DNA of 64,000 nt from Amphiscolops sp. MND2022 (Eukaryota): NCBI GenBank assembly GCA_964187785.1, contig OZ076409.1, forward strand, positions 38,256,001-38,320,000, given 5' to 3'. Positions within the stretch are counted from its first letter, which is position 1; every line of letters begins with the position of its first letter. Position numbers and translations under genes: made by a program. Of the stretch, positions 1 through 12,811 are shown piece after piece. Under the pieces are notes generated by a model. That model worked only from the letters and a program-made list of their open reading frames with translations. It did not search any database and had not been told where the DNA came from.

Positions 1-964
1 CTGTTTTTTGGCCATTTTTGGGCTAATTTTGGCTATGTTTCTCACATCCCAGCCATACGATTTTGATGCCTTTGCACACGCAGGGGCCCCTTTGGGTGTA
101 GAATGACTGTGCAAAATTTCGTGAAAATCGTACGGACAGTTTTTGAGAAATTTGAAATTTTCATGAAAAGGTCGGGAGAAAAAAAAACAAAAAAAACAAC
201 ACGATTGCATAAGTAGTCGAAAATTTTTTCCGACTCCTAATAAATGAGACAATAAATGGGACATTAAATACAGCTCGTTTTACATGTATTTGTTATGTAA
301 TACCATAAAATCAACATCTCAAGAGTATCAAATGTAAAAATTTAGATTAGACATTATTTTGATTATTTGCGCTGAATTAAATGAAAAACAAAGAACAACA
401 AATGGAGCCCAATTGAGTGTGCACGAGTGTATACTTCCTACTATTGCATCATCATTACCATTTTCTGCTTGTTTACAAGTCTTTTTGTGAATAAAAACAT
501 TGAAATCGGTGGTATCTTTTAATTCAAGTCCTGTTCTTCGAAAATAAAATAATCTGAACTTTGAGTCGACTTGAGTTGGTATTGGCATTACGAGCTATAG
601 AGGGTAGTTCAAACAACTGTTGACAAATTTGTAACATTTCAGTATGCAGCCATGATATATTAGATCATTCTAAGCAATTCGTTCAGTGGTTTGATAAGTT
701 CGTAACTCTCATCATGTAATCGATCGTTACTTGATTTGTCAGTATTTATAATCATTCACTCAATTGCCATTGAAAAAAAAATATTTTCCTTTGCCTATTT
801 TATGCTTTTTGTTGTTACCAAAATTAACAAAAAGTCACAACTCCATGTGCTACTGAATCAAATTCTTAGCATAACTCCTTGTTTTTAACTCCATGAGAGT
901 ATCGAAGACTCTGTTTGGTTTATGAAGAAGAATTTAATTTCTCACTGAATCCTAGTGAACAAAA

Positions 965-3900
965 ATGACGTGGTGTACCATGGGGTTTTCAGGGAACCCA
1001 GACCCTATAATTGTATACCCTAAACCTAACAGTAAATACGTGGATGATACCATTTATTACAGTGGGCTACCAATTTGTTGTTTTGGATTGGTAAACAATT
1101 TGTTTGTTTTATGGGTGCTTATCAAACGGCAGCAGTCACCCCATCTGACTATTCTTAAGTCGATGGCTTTTGTGGATTTGTGTCTCATCGCCTTCTTCAT
1201 TTTGGTACTCAACTTTGGCAGTCAGTCGCTACCAGATACTTTTCTAGGAGGTCTCACTTGTCGGTAGGGGTGTGCTTGTTTGAAACAAGAAGCGCAATGG
1301 CAATGCTGAATTATTCAACTAACATTTGAACAATTAACAGCCCAAAAAAACTTTGAATTTGATCCGTAACCACTTGACCAATTTCTGAACGAAAATGGAT
1401 GAAAACAAAGGAAACATTGAAAACAATAGAAAATTACAGCATAGGATCTCATACACAAACAAGACTTGCAAACAACAAGACAACGTCTTTCAGTCGCCCA
1501 GAAGTTCGGAATGAATACGACGATCTCACTTTTTATGCAGGCTTCCGGCGTTTTCATTGGTTCATAGAAGTAGCATGGGACATCTGAATTTTGAAACCGC
1601 TCAAGTCTAAAAAAAAACAGGAACAAGATAAGGTAATAATACCCTGTCAGGTAATAAATAATTAGCGCCAAAAAACAAAGGGCGTACCCTTTTGTTCCGT
1701 CTAATCTTGTAAGGCGTGAATGCATATTGAATGCATTGAGACTCACTCAAGCAAAAATATGATATAGAACTAACCGATATGAGAAAATCGACAATTTAAT
1801 GTGAGGCTGGAATGGAAAACAAGCCCGGAAGGGCCCAGTTTCTTAAATATGCAAAAGATACTCTTGTTCAAAATTCATAAACTTTTCAGTGCCGGAAAAC
1901 GACCGAATGGATACGCATAAGAATCGAAAACCACTTTTCTCCAGCTGGAAACAACAAAAAACCATTTTTTGAGAAAAAATTCATTTTTTGGAAAAACTCT
2001 CTCAGTGCCGAAAAAAGCTTCAAACTTGCAAAACGCTTTGTTCAAGCGAAAACCGTTCATGAAAGTAGAGGCGATACACTTGGACCAAACAAAAATTCTT
2101 TCCGAAGAAAAGTCACACAGTACCGAGAAATACCGTAGTTCTTTTCACAATTATTGAGAAAACTCTCATCAGACCTAAAGAACCAAAAAAGCAATGAGGT
2201 CACCTTTAGGACTCGGAAAACGTTTTCCTTACAGAAAGCTTAAAAAAAACAAAATAAAAAGAATGTTTTGTAAATTTTTTCCACAAAAAATTTCTTTAAA
2301 ATCTTCGGTAAGTCGCATCGTGCCAAAAAGCCAAGGTATTATTGTTAAGCTTTGGCTTAACGAAAAGTACTAAAAAAGTACTTTCGGTTAAAAAAATATT
2401 GGACCTTTTGCTTTCCACTTAACTTTTGCCATCTTATAAATTTTTGATTTAGTGCGAGACTAGAACCCACGCACTCCTACTTCTCAGATCCGTCATCAAG
2501 CCTGGAAATCTGAGTTAACCCCTAGGGCAAGTGGCATTTAAAGGGTGTAAGTTAACTTAAAGAATTGCTTATAAAAATATGCGAGTTCGCTGGTCCTAAA
2601 AGAACAACAAAACTCAGACACAGCGCAATACTTTCCAAGCTCGGCATCCTCGTTAGTGAAACGCACTTTACATCAGATATGACGTCAAAATTCGAATATA
2701 GCATAGTAATTTCGAACCTCCTCTTCCTCTTTAGTAAAACGTATTTTACTTCGGATATATTACGCCTAACGTTCGGATATAGCGTGCTGGGACAAATGGC
2801 AGAGCTTTTTCGAATCTCCACTTCCTTCTTAGCTACTTCGGATAAAAGGTCAAAATTCGGATATAGCGCAATTCACGGGTACCATTTGACGTGGCGTACC
2901 TCTACAAGCACGAGAAAAATGCTAGCTAAAGCAGGGACTTAAACCTGCGACCGTTGGGTCACACTGAACTGATTAACCTCTACACAAAAAAGTGGTGATA
3001 CAGGAAAATATTTTCCTTCACAGAACTCCTCATAAAACTGAAAATTATGAAGAAAAAAATTTCCCAAACTTTTTTTCGACACATTAAAAAAATTGTAAAC
3101 TTGGGTGTTGAACATTGTGTTGCATTGTGTTGAGCAACAAACAAAAAACAAACCCTTTGGTCTCCCATTTACTTAAGGAAGTATTTAAAAAATTCGAGAA
3201 TGGAACGAACGTACGCTGCTTCCCAGATCTCAGAAAATCCGCATTAACCTCCAGGCCAAATGGCAGTTATATGTTCTTAAGTTACAGCTAAGTAGTAGTT
3301 TATAGTTATAGAATTGCTCAAAGAAATCTTTCAGTTCGCTGGTCTTTAAAAAGTCACTGCCATAGTCGGTTCTTTTCTTCGAAAAGATTCGACTAAAGTT
3401 CGACCTACGCGAGGTTTGAGTCCACAAACTCTTGCTCTCCAGCCCTGGACGCTTACCATTAGGCAGGGTAACAATTGTGTTTAGTAAGTTTCGATATGAG
3501 TGTGTTCAAAAAGTGGATAGCTCGAGTCTGAAGAGAAAAACGCCGTTTTTTGGTTGCTAACAAAAATGGAATTGAGGGGAACAACACAGGCAATAACACT
3601 GATATTTTCTAATCTCTTGAAATACCGCTTTTTAAATTCAAGAAATTAGCATTTACCAATGTATGAAGCGCGAACACGACTAGTAGGGACACTGTACGGA
3701 TACCGTTCATGAAAATGATTTCGTTCGAAAAAAAATATTTTCAGCCCTTTTTAGGCTGAAACATTCGTATAGCCGGGGGTAATCCGATTGCAACTCTATT
3801 ACGTTTTTCTACATTCTGGCTTCTGAAGTACTTTGCTGGTGTCATCCTTAAGAGGGCTTCTGTTGGTTGGTAAGAAACTTAAAACATTAGTTTAAACGTA

Positions 3901-6900
3901 AGAACTTTATTCAACAATTGCACACTTCAACTTACAGCTTTGTCGTCTCTGGTTTCCTCATCTACTTCTTTTCTGCCACTTCAGCCTGGCATGTAGTTAT
4001 TTTAGCCGTCGAGTTTTACGGAAGTTCTATGGAGTCTCCTTGGTACACATTTTTCACCAAAAACAAGTTACGAATCCGATGCAGCATCACAGTTTGCTGG
4101 TTTATTGGCTTCATCATTTGTGAGTTTTTCCGAAACAACCAAGATACATAAAAAAATACATACACGAAAATAACTTCAGAAAAAAAATCATCCTAATTGA
4201 TACAATGCGGGTGGTCAGAAATTGTTAATTTAAAATCAATTTTTCTGCCATTGGTTTCAGTTAAGTTTCAGAAAATTACCTTTGATGGCCCAAGTTACAT
4301 TTGAAAACGATTTTGAGAAATATCCTATTTTTATAGGCATCTAAAAGTTGTATGGATGCCGCAAATTTGGTAAGAACAAAAATATAGCATCTCGCTTCGT
4401 AACTCCCTGCTCTAAATCGATTTCGGAAAAACTCATAGCTTTCAATCGTTTATGGAACTTCCATGAGAACAACGGAGTGTGTTACCTGGATTATAAACAA
4501 CGCTTTTCCATTTTCTTCAATGACTTTGAAGAAATCATCTTCATACTAGTAGTACCCCTGTTCATCATGGTCTACTGCTACTGGCAGATTGTTAAAAGAC
4601 TACGGGAGGCTGCGAGGTGGAGACCAGATTGGGATAAAAATTAAATTAGAAACAACTGAGAAAATCGGTCAAAAATGGTTCATAAGTTTATAACAAGATG
4701 GTTCATAAGAACATTAAACAAGTTCATATAACAAGATGGTTCAGAAAACCAAAAGCGGAAGATAGAACAAGACGAGAACGCCTCAAGTCGGCGCTATATC
4801 TAAGGCTCAAAAAGCGCAAAACATTTTTTTTGGAAAAAAACTTGAAATTTTCGAAAAAAAAATTTCTTTCGAAAAATGTCGCAGTGCCGAAAAATGTAAA
4901 AGGGGGGACCCTTTTTGATTTATAAACACGCATTCTGTAGCAAAATAACAAAAAACTCAAAGGGGGGACCCTTTTGGGGACATTAAAAAAAATTCGAAAA
5001 AAAATCTCACAGCGCCGAAAAAAAATCGAAAGGGGGGGAGGTACGAAACTTTAGTCCCGTCCGGGCTTGTATGTAACGTTGAAAAAGTAAATGAATGCGC
5101 TCCCCGTTTGCCTTTAGCGGTCCAGTAGTTTAGTACTTATTTAGTAGTTGAAAGTTAATTTTAACGTTCGTCGCTTCGAGTCTGTCTTAAATAAAAAAAA
5201 AGAAAAAAAACGAGTGACTGTAATAGTCGGGCTCTTTTCTTAAGAAAAGCGCCGACTAAAAATCAATGCGCGAAATCTTTTGATACATTGATCTTACAAA
5301 AAGTCTCAGGAGCAAAAGTCACTCAAATTTTGATCAGCAATACAAATGTAATTTGTTTTGAAATCGCATCAGACATTAGAGCTTTATCATATTGTATTTT
5401 GAAGATTTTTGGAATTACTGTTCAGAAGAATAACCTCCTTCGATCATTTTTGTAACCGTGACACCATTATTTAACTGTAATAATTACCAACTATTCTGAA
5501 CAATTTTTCTTGAAAAATGAACAACCAAAAACACTTGTAATTTCGTCGAAACAATTTTTACACAGAGGCGAAGCCGTGCTTCGCAAACACTTGCGCAGAA
5601 TGTTGCGAACTTTTGAAGAAAACCAAATAAGCAAAATCATACGGAGAACCAAGTGTAAAATGACATTGTTAAAATTTCATCCATTTCACTGCGCCAAAAA
5701 ATACCCGAACGGATACGCATAAATCTCGAAAACCGTTCTTCCCCAACTGGAAACAGCAAAAAAAACCATCTCTCTCAACCGGAAACATTAAAAAAAAACA
5801 GAAAAATAAAAATAAAGATAGTTCTCGAAAAATTTTTTGAAGAAGGTCTCCGGTAAGTCGCATAGTGCCGAAAACCTTTAGCAGTCCTTCATGCTCGCAA
5901 AACGTTTCATTTCATGTAAAAAAACGAGGGGGGCTTCGATGAAAAAAATTAGTAAAAAGTAGCATACAAAAAACGCCGGTCTTTAAAAAAAAACAAAATT
6001 CGGATATAGCGTGCTGGGCCTCAGAAAACCTAATTTTAAGACAAAAATTATTCATTTTGAAATTTCTCACAATGCCGAAAGCTGTAAAAGGGGCCCTTTG
6101 AGATTTCTTAACAAGCATTCTATTGCAAAATTTCAAAAAATTGAAGGGGAACCTTTGGAGTCTTTGCAAAGTTTTCGAAAAAATGAGAATTTTTAACGGT
6201 CTCATAGTGCCGAAAAATTTGAAAGGGGCCCTTTGAGATTTTTTAACATTCATTCTGTTGCAAAATATTAAAACAAATTGAAGGGAGGACCCTTTGAGGA
6301 CATCAAAAAAATTTCGAAAAAAAGTCTCACAAAGCCGAAAAAAGGGAGGAGTCTAATAGTGCCGAAAAAGTGAGGACCTTCTGCTTCGCAATACTTGTAA
6401 AAAAAATTATGGCATACTCGCGGGTTCGAACACGAACCCTCTGGGTTGAAAAGCAAGCATCTTACCACTAGACCACGAACACCTGAACTATGCGACTTGC
6501 TGGCTGAAACGAGAGTTGTCGCGCGGAAAAAAAGCACCCGCACTTTCCCATAACACTTGCTTATCGCAAGTGTATTAAGGGGTAAAGATTGACAATTTCG
6601 CATTTCATGATTGCTGTATCAATTCTTAAGAATAGCGTTTTCCGAAAAAGTGCTAAATTCAAAAGAGATATGAATTAAATGTAAAAAACTTTGTTCCAAA
6701 CATTTTTTGTTCAGAACACTAGATCTCGAGATATTACATCACAAATTTCGCAAAAACGCAAACGTCAAAAATTAGCGAAGAATTTTGTTAGCTACTACCT
6801 TTCGCAGTTTTTGTGTGAGTTCAAACAAACAAGCCGAGAACGGCCAAAGTCGGCGCCATATCTAAGGCTCAAAATTGTAAAAAGTGGGACCCGTCGGGCT

Positions 6901-8893
6901 TTGCGGAACTCCAGCTGGTTGCAAAATATGAAAAAAATTGAAGGGGGGCCTTTGGGGACTAGAAACAATTTCCCAAAAAAGTGTAAAGAATGAGATTTTT
7001 GAACAGTGTCACAGTGCCGAAAAATGTAAAAGGGGGGACTCTTTGGGATTTTTTGACATCCATTGTGTTGCAAAATCTCGAAACAAATGAAGGGGGGACC
7101 CTTTGGTGCAATCCAAAAGGTTTCAAAAAAGTCGCATAGTACCGAAAAAAAAGTGGGGCTATGGGTGGGATCCTTAGTGTGATTTCGAAATTCTAGACGT
7201 GTTTTGTTTTTTCTTTTCGTTTTGGACGCGCTTTTGAGGTTCGAGTTGTTGAGGTTCGAAGTTGTTGAGGTTTGACGTTGTTGAACAAATGAACTGAACA
7301 AAAAAGTGGACCTTACGGGTCTAAAAAAACTACCCACTGTAAGAGTCGGGCACATTTTCTACTGAAATGCGCCGACTAAAAAATACCCGTGATTCTGGTT
7401 GAAATTTGGGATTTTGCTCCAATGAGTTTTTGAGATTTGAGATCAAGTGTCTTTAGCTTTTTGGTGACGTAGTGTAAGTCTAAAGTCGACACTTAAGGTC
7501 AAGTGGTGGGCCAAGCATACAGCGTTCAAAAAGTGGATCTTTCAATATGCGCTGTCATCTGGAGAAAAAAATGTCACTGAAATACTCTGGCTTATTTTTT
7601 TCAAAATGTGCCGACTAAAAACAAAGTCTTCATTATATGGGGTTTTATTGAAGCAGAAATGGTTTAATTCACATGCAACATACATGCCCATTGCCACCAA
7701 ACTACATCAATTGTCATTTTGTGATCATTAATCATATTAAATATAAAGTTCATGACATTAGAACCTCTGTCAATTCAGAAAAAAAAACATTACTTTTGAA
7801 ATGAATGCCCATCTTAGACTATCTGTCACATTTTCCGATAGATCGACAGTTTTCTTTAAAATGTCAATTCTGACCAATAGTTAAAATTGAAATGAAAAGA
7901 CAGAAAATTTGGTGGTTGGTGGTAAGCAATCGATCATGGTCTCTGTGGGCAGGTTCTACAAGGAGAAGATGGCGATAGATCCGACGACCCAGTTTGAGTT
8001 CCAAAAGGTCACCAAGTTCCAGAAGAGTGTCATGTGCAGAACTTCTTTCATATTTGCTGTTTACATGATCACGTGGATGCCCATCCAGGCACGGCTGCAA
8101 ACTCGTACATCAAAAGATATGGCAAAAAAAAGAGAAAGCACTCATGCGAGGTTACAATATCCAGATCTCTGGATATCGCTGCATTTTTAGATCAAAAGCG
8201 CATGTAACTCAAAACTTGTGATCACAAAATGAAAATATAGTCTTATAGTAACTGAATTCAGTAGTTCAAATTCAGAGCAGCTTTGACTAGAAAACTATCA
8301 AAATACTGAGCACACAGAAACACCATTTTTGACCAACTGCGGAATGCACGATTTATATCAAATATAAAACACCCACTGAAGAACAAAAACTACGTTTCAA
8401 TGATTTACAGGACAATAGAAATTGATATGAGACATTTTGGAAATTACTTTACTAGTTTTGCGTCAAGATTTTTTAATCATCATTTTCGATAACGTGACCT
8501 ATCAATTAACACTTGAAAATGAAACAGTGAAGAAACGACAGCCTTGCCGGAATGCAGGCTATTTACTTTATGTCGTTATGCAAACCCCCTCATAGCCCAG
8601 ACTCCCTAGAAGAGAAATACCGCTTTCTCACAGCTCAGTTCCTACCAATGATCAATTCAACCTTGAACCCAATTGTCTACAGCTGGACTTGGTTCGAGTT
8701 CAGAGAGGAAGCCTACAAACTGATCTCTCGAATCCGTCCTTCTCGAAAAAACAAGAATAACAAGCCTGTCAATGCAAGTGTGGGTGGTCCCACAACCAAT
8801 CAACCCGGACTGTCTTTGTTTGATGACTATCCGTCATGGAACACCAATAGATATGAGGACTTATCAGACGTTGAAACAATCAGCTCTGATTGA
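965..8893 (+). CDS. Class A (rhodopsin-like) GPCR, ~376 aa; exons 965-1263, 3938-4119, 4439-4616, 7953-8088, 8558-8893
   Basis: Exons join in frame (1131 nt). Motifs: TM1 GLVNN, TM2 MAFVDL, TM3 Cys and LAVEFY, TM4 Trp, ECL2 Cys, TM5 PLFIMVYCY, TM6 ITWMP, TM7 NSTLNPIVY. Intron 4 needs a GC donor. Confidence 0.85.
4766..5262. mobile_element. Non-autonomous Helentron/HINE-like repeat, full copy, in GPCR intron 3
   Basis: Head AACAAGACG..AAGTCGGCGC, tail AGTCGGGC..GCGCCGACT followed by an A-run, internal AGTGCCGAAAAA / GGGGGACCCTTT subrepeats shared with many copies in the window. Confidence 0.65.
6411..6484 (-). pseudogene. tRNA-like segment (Glu-like pseudo-tRNA or SINE head) inside repeat DNA
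   Basis: Minus strand has A-box GTGGTCTAGTGGT and B-box-like GTTCGAACCC; stems pair poorly. Confidence 0.4.
6827..7381. mobile_element. Helentron/HINE-like repeat, full copy
   Basis: Same AGTCGGCGC head, GCGCCGACT tail hairpin and internal subrepeats. Confidence 0.65.
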
Positions 8894-9268
8894 CCTAATT
8901 AGTCTAATATCTACTATTGCATAATTGTTTTTATTCAGTTTAAAATATTTTGATACGCAATAGAATTGTTGAGGAAACACTTTGCGATATTCTGAGAAAT
9001 AATCTATTTTTGAAAATTCTATAATCAAAACATGCGTCATCTTTGATCAAGACTGAGCTAGAGACTACATGCAGAGATGGTTTGAATTTTTAAAAAAAGT
9101 TATGACAAGTAGCTTGAAGCTTGCATTACTTCTGTCAGACAATTTGCAAAAAATATGTATATTTTTCCGCCCAAGCTCCAGGTTAGGGGAAAATTGATCC
9201 CAGGAGTATTTTGCCAAAGCCAAAAGGTTTCAACAAAAAAAATTACCCATAAAAAGCTGAAATTCTGC

Positions 9269-9950
9269 TAAACAAGCCGGGAAGGGCCTAGGTCGGCGCC
9301 CCGCTCAAGGTTTAAAAAAGTGAAAATTTTTTTAAATGCAAAAGGACACTTAAAATTTTATCAATTTCACAGTGCCAAAAAACCCCAAAGATTACACTGG
9401 GAAAGCCACTTTTTCACCAACTGGAGACAGAAAACAAAACCCATTTTGCTCCACAAAAAACCTCTCAAAAAACAAAAAACCTCTCAATTTTGATGAAGGT
9501 CTCCGGTAAATCGCAGAGTGCCGAAAACCCTAAAGAGTCCTCTATGTTCGCAGAACATTTTCTTTCTAGTAAAAATCGAGGGGGCTCCAATAAAAACTAA
9601 TTAGAAAAAAGTTGCATGGGAAAAAACCGGTCTAAAAAATTTGGATACAGCGTGCTGAGAAAACCTAATTTTCAACCGAAAACTATTCATTTTGAAAAAT
9701 CTCACAATGCCCAAAATTGTAAAGGGGAAGTTCGTTGCGAAATATCAAAAAATGATGGGGGAACTCTTCGGAGACATTAAAAAACTTTCTAATAAAAAGT
9801 CTCACAAAGTCGAAATAACAAGCATAAAAAATTTTGGCCAAGAGCGAGACTCGAACCCACGTCCTTCTCCTTCTCAGACTTCAAAGAATCCTGATTAACC
9901 TCTGTGCCATTAGGCGGAAGTTACAAGTTAGCTTATAAAGCGTCGAAAGC
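9269..9950. mobile_element. Degenerate copy of the HINE-like family (similar decayed copies at ~1816-2560 and ~34561-35290)
   Basis: Head AACAAGCCGGGAAGGGCCTAGGTCGGCGC and family subrepeats; end points approximate. Confidence 0.5.
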
Positions 9951-10675
9951 TTCTAAAATTTTGAGACCTCAATTCAAAATACTGCGTTTCAACAAAATTG
10001 ATAATTGAAAAATATAACAAAGTTGACAATTTTTAATTCATAAGTCAAACGCCAGTCAGTCGCTTCCCTTTTAGAATTTTTCAAACTATTGCACCACATC
10101 AAGGAACAGTGTTTTTTGTATGAAAAAAAGGTTTTGTATTTGATCAAACTTCGAACATCGCCCAAAATACTGAATTTGCGGTAAAGTGCTTAGTGGAAAA
10201 ACTTTATCTTATACTCATAGCGGTTTTAAGCACTAATTGGGAGCGGCAAAGTGCCATCCATTGGACGCACGAGGTTTTCTTTAACTCCCTGTCCCGAATT
10301 CAGCATGTATTCACACTTGGGATAGGGCAGAGAATCCAAAGAAACTTAAGGAACTTTTTCTAAGCTCAACCTGAATCATTCTTAAAGGTGATAATTTTAG
10401 TGAAAAATTAGGTTAGAAATTTTTCAACAGTCGATATTTGACACTTCTGCATTCATTGCCACATTTGGAACAGATCCCGGCAATAAAAGCAAAATTGGTA
10501 TTTATCCAATACTCTTTTGGAAACTTTTCCTCGACCGAAAATGATTCTAGAAAAAAGTCCCAAATATTCCAATGTCTTAATGAAAGCGAGCGCATTGACA
10601 CAGCGTCTGACAATTTCAAGACACGTCTTCTCACTGAAGAGTTGTAACTAATTCTGAAGATGGTATCGGTATATT

Positions 10676-12811
10676 TGTCACGACCCGCTCCCGGTCGGGA
10701 CTTTTCCTGTTGTGGAGGAATCCCAAAATTCGCAAGGGGGAGAGGTCACGGAAGAGTCACGCAATGTTAAGTATTGTACAATAACTTACCTTTTGTCTAG
10801 ACTGCAGCACGAATTAAAATCTACGGAAGCACTACGTGAAATATCCAAAATGATTTTAAGCAAAATAAGATTTCCGGTTTAAAGTTTTCACACGTAGACA
10901 TTTTTGTTACTTCCGGTTTCAACGGCTGAAAATTCCATGTCAATCTAAATATTAAGAAAGAAAGACATTCATAACACTGGGATCATTTTTCTCCCTTCCA
11001 CACTGAAATGAAAACACTAAAACAATTATTTAATTCCGCGATCCCAACGGAACTCATACGATCTAAAATGAAAAGAACATCAAAATAGTATAGCAGATTC
11101 AATTTGGAATCTAAAGTAGTTGTAAGAAAGCCTCTCAAATTACAGTCAAGTAATCTGAGCAAACTTTTACAACGTTATGACAGCGTCACTCAGATAAACA
11201 AGTAACAGGTATTTCTATTTTTACGGACCAATAGCGTCGCTGCTAAGACCGGTATATTTGCGCTCACACTAGTAAGAAACCATTCCGATGACGTCACTAA
11301 AAATGAATTTAAAGATGGCGAATTTACTCCGAGCTTGCTCCGCTAGCAGCTAAGAAAGCTATACTCAATCTTAATACGTACGGAGCGCTTACGGAGCGAA
11401 TTATAAACCGAGAAAGTTATAGCCAACCTTAATACATAGGGAGCATTTACGGAGCGTTTACGGAGCAAATTGTAATAGATGAAGCTATACCTAATGTTAA
11501 TACATGTAAAACAACCGTGGAAAATTCTAAGACTTAGAGAATATTCTAATACATCAGGACATTCCTGAGAACATGTAGAATCACACTAAAACATTCAAAA
11601 CACTACAAGTTTTCACTTTTTCCATCCGGATTTGTCCCGTTTCGTGATCAACTAGAACATTCGTGTTGCAGATCAGGACAGAAGAAAATATGTGAAACAG
11701 GTGCTCTCTGTTGTTGAAACGGTATTTTATGTTTGTTGTAGTTTGTGATGAATTATGTTTGTTATATTGTTTAAACCAATCGATGCATGTAAATTACAGC
11801 CAGAACATTTAGCTCAATTGTTGCATGTAAATTACAACCTGAAGTTGTGTTTTGTTACAATAACCCAATCCCCGATATGTGCTAATTACTCTCCAGCATC
11901 ATTTGTTTCTTTCTGAAATGTTTAGCACTTTAGTCTAAAATTCATCCGCGGTGTTTCCGTAACCATTTTTGCTTGTCATACTTTTGTTGCGAACGGATGT
12001 TCTTCGCTAGACAGAGAGTGAATCATTGTTCACGTCAGCGTGCCTTTTGCGATAGAAATTCAAACTAGGCATTTATTTTGCCGCCTTTTCCGTGATGAAA
12101 CCGGAAATGGGAGTGTTGAACAAAAATGATTTCAACAAGTACTCCGTAAGGGAATCGTAACTAGGAATTTAAAATTGTGAACAATTAATTAAAGGGTTGA
12201 AATAATATGGATGATTAAGCATTTTGGTTGAACAAAACCGATTTTTAGGATTCCTAGGAATTTTTAGGTGAGGAACAAATGATGCTGTGAAAGTATATAT
12301 ACCTAAGAATTTGTAAATCTGTTCAATCTGTTTCCTGATCTACTCCGTTAACACTTCGTTTCGAAAACCATTTTTCTTTGAAGAATTCAAACCTTTCCAA
12401 AGAACAGTCTCTCTCACGTTCTATCAAAAATGACTACTAGAAGTCAGAAGAGAAAAGCTGTTGAAGAACTAGTTTCCACTGAAATGGAGACCCCAATAAC
12501 TGAGGTTAATCAAAACCTAAATCCCGTAGCGGGGTCAAGTAAATCTCCTAGAGTAACCACTGAAAATCTAGAGGAAATCAAGTCTTCACTAAGAAAGGAA
12601 ATCATGTCTGATCTCACCAAAATTTTAGCCGAAAATCAAAAGGAGATGTTAAAACTAATAGCTGCTCCTGTTAAAAAACAAACTGTCATAGCTACTGCTG
12701 AAGAAACAGATTCTGAGTCCGAAAATATTCCGGAAAACATAACTTCGACACCAATCAAAAATAAAACCACTGCGACTAATCGAAAAATCACCCCGATAAA
12801 TAGTCGTAACA
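10676..12811 (+). repeat. 5' LTR (2136 bp)
   Basis: Near-identical to 24443-26579 (about 5 differences seen by eye); TG...CA ends; TATATATA 12294-12301; AATAAA 12760-12765. Confidence 0.97.

Noticed and set aside
1..245. End of a repeat with terminal hairpin AGTCGAAAATTTTTTCCGACT
   Set aside because: Truncated by the window edge and single copy here; cannot be classified.
6411..6484. Functional tRNA gene (also ~34778-34845, ~42096-42160, ~40455-40530)
   Set aside because: A/B boxes are present but acceptor and anticodon stems do not pair properly; most lie inside repeats.
4698..7355. K/F-rich ORFs in repeats (also 41592-44226 and 53165-61061)
   Set aside because: Translations of A/T-run subrepeats of the HINE-like family.
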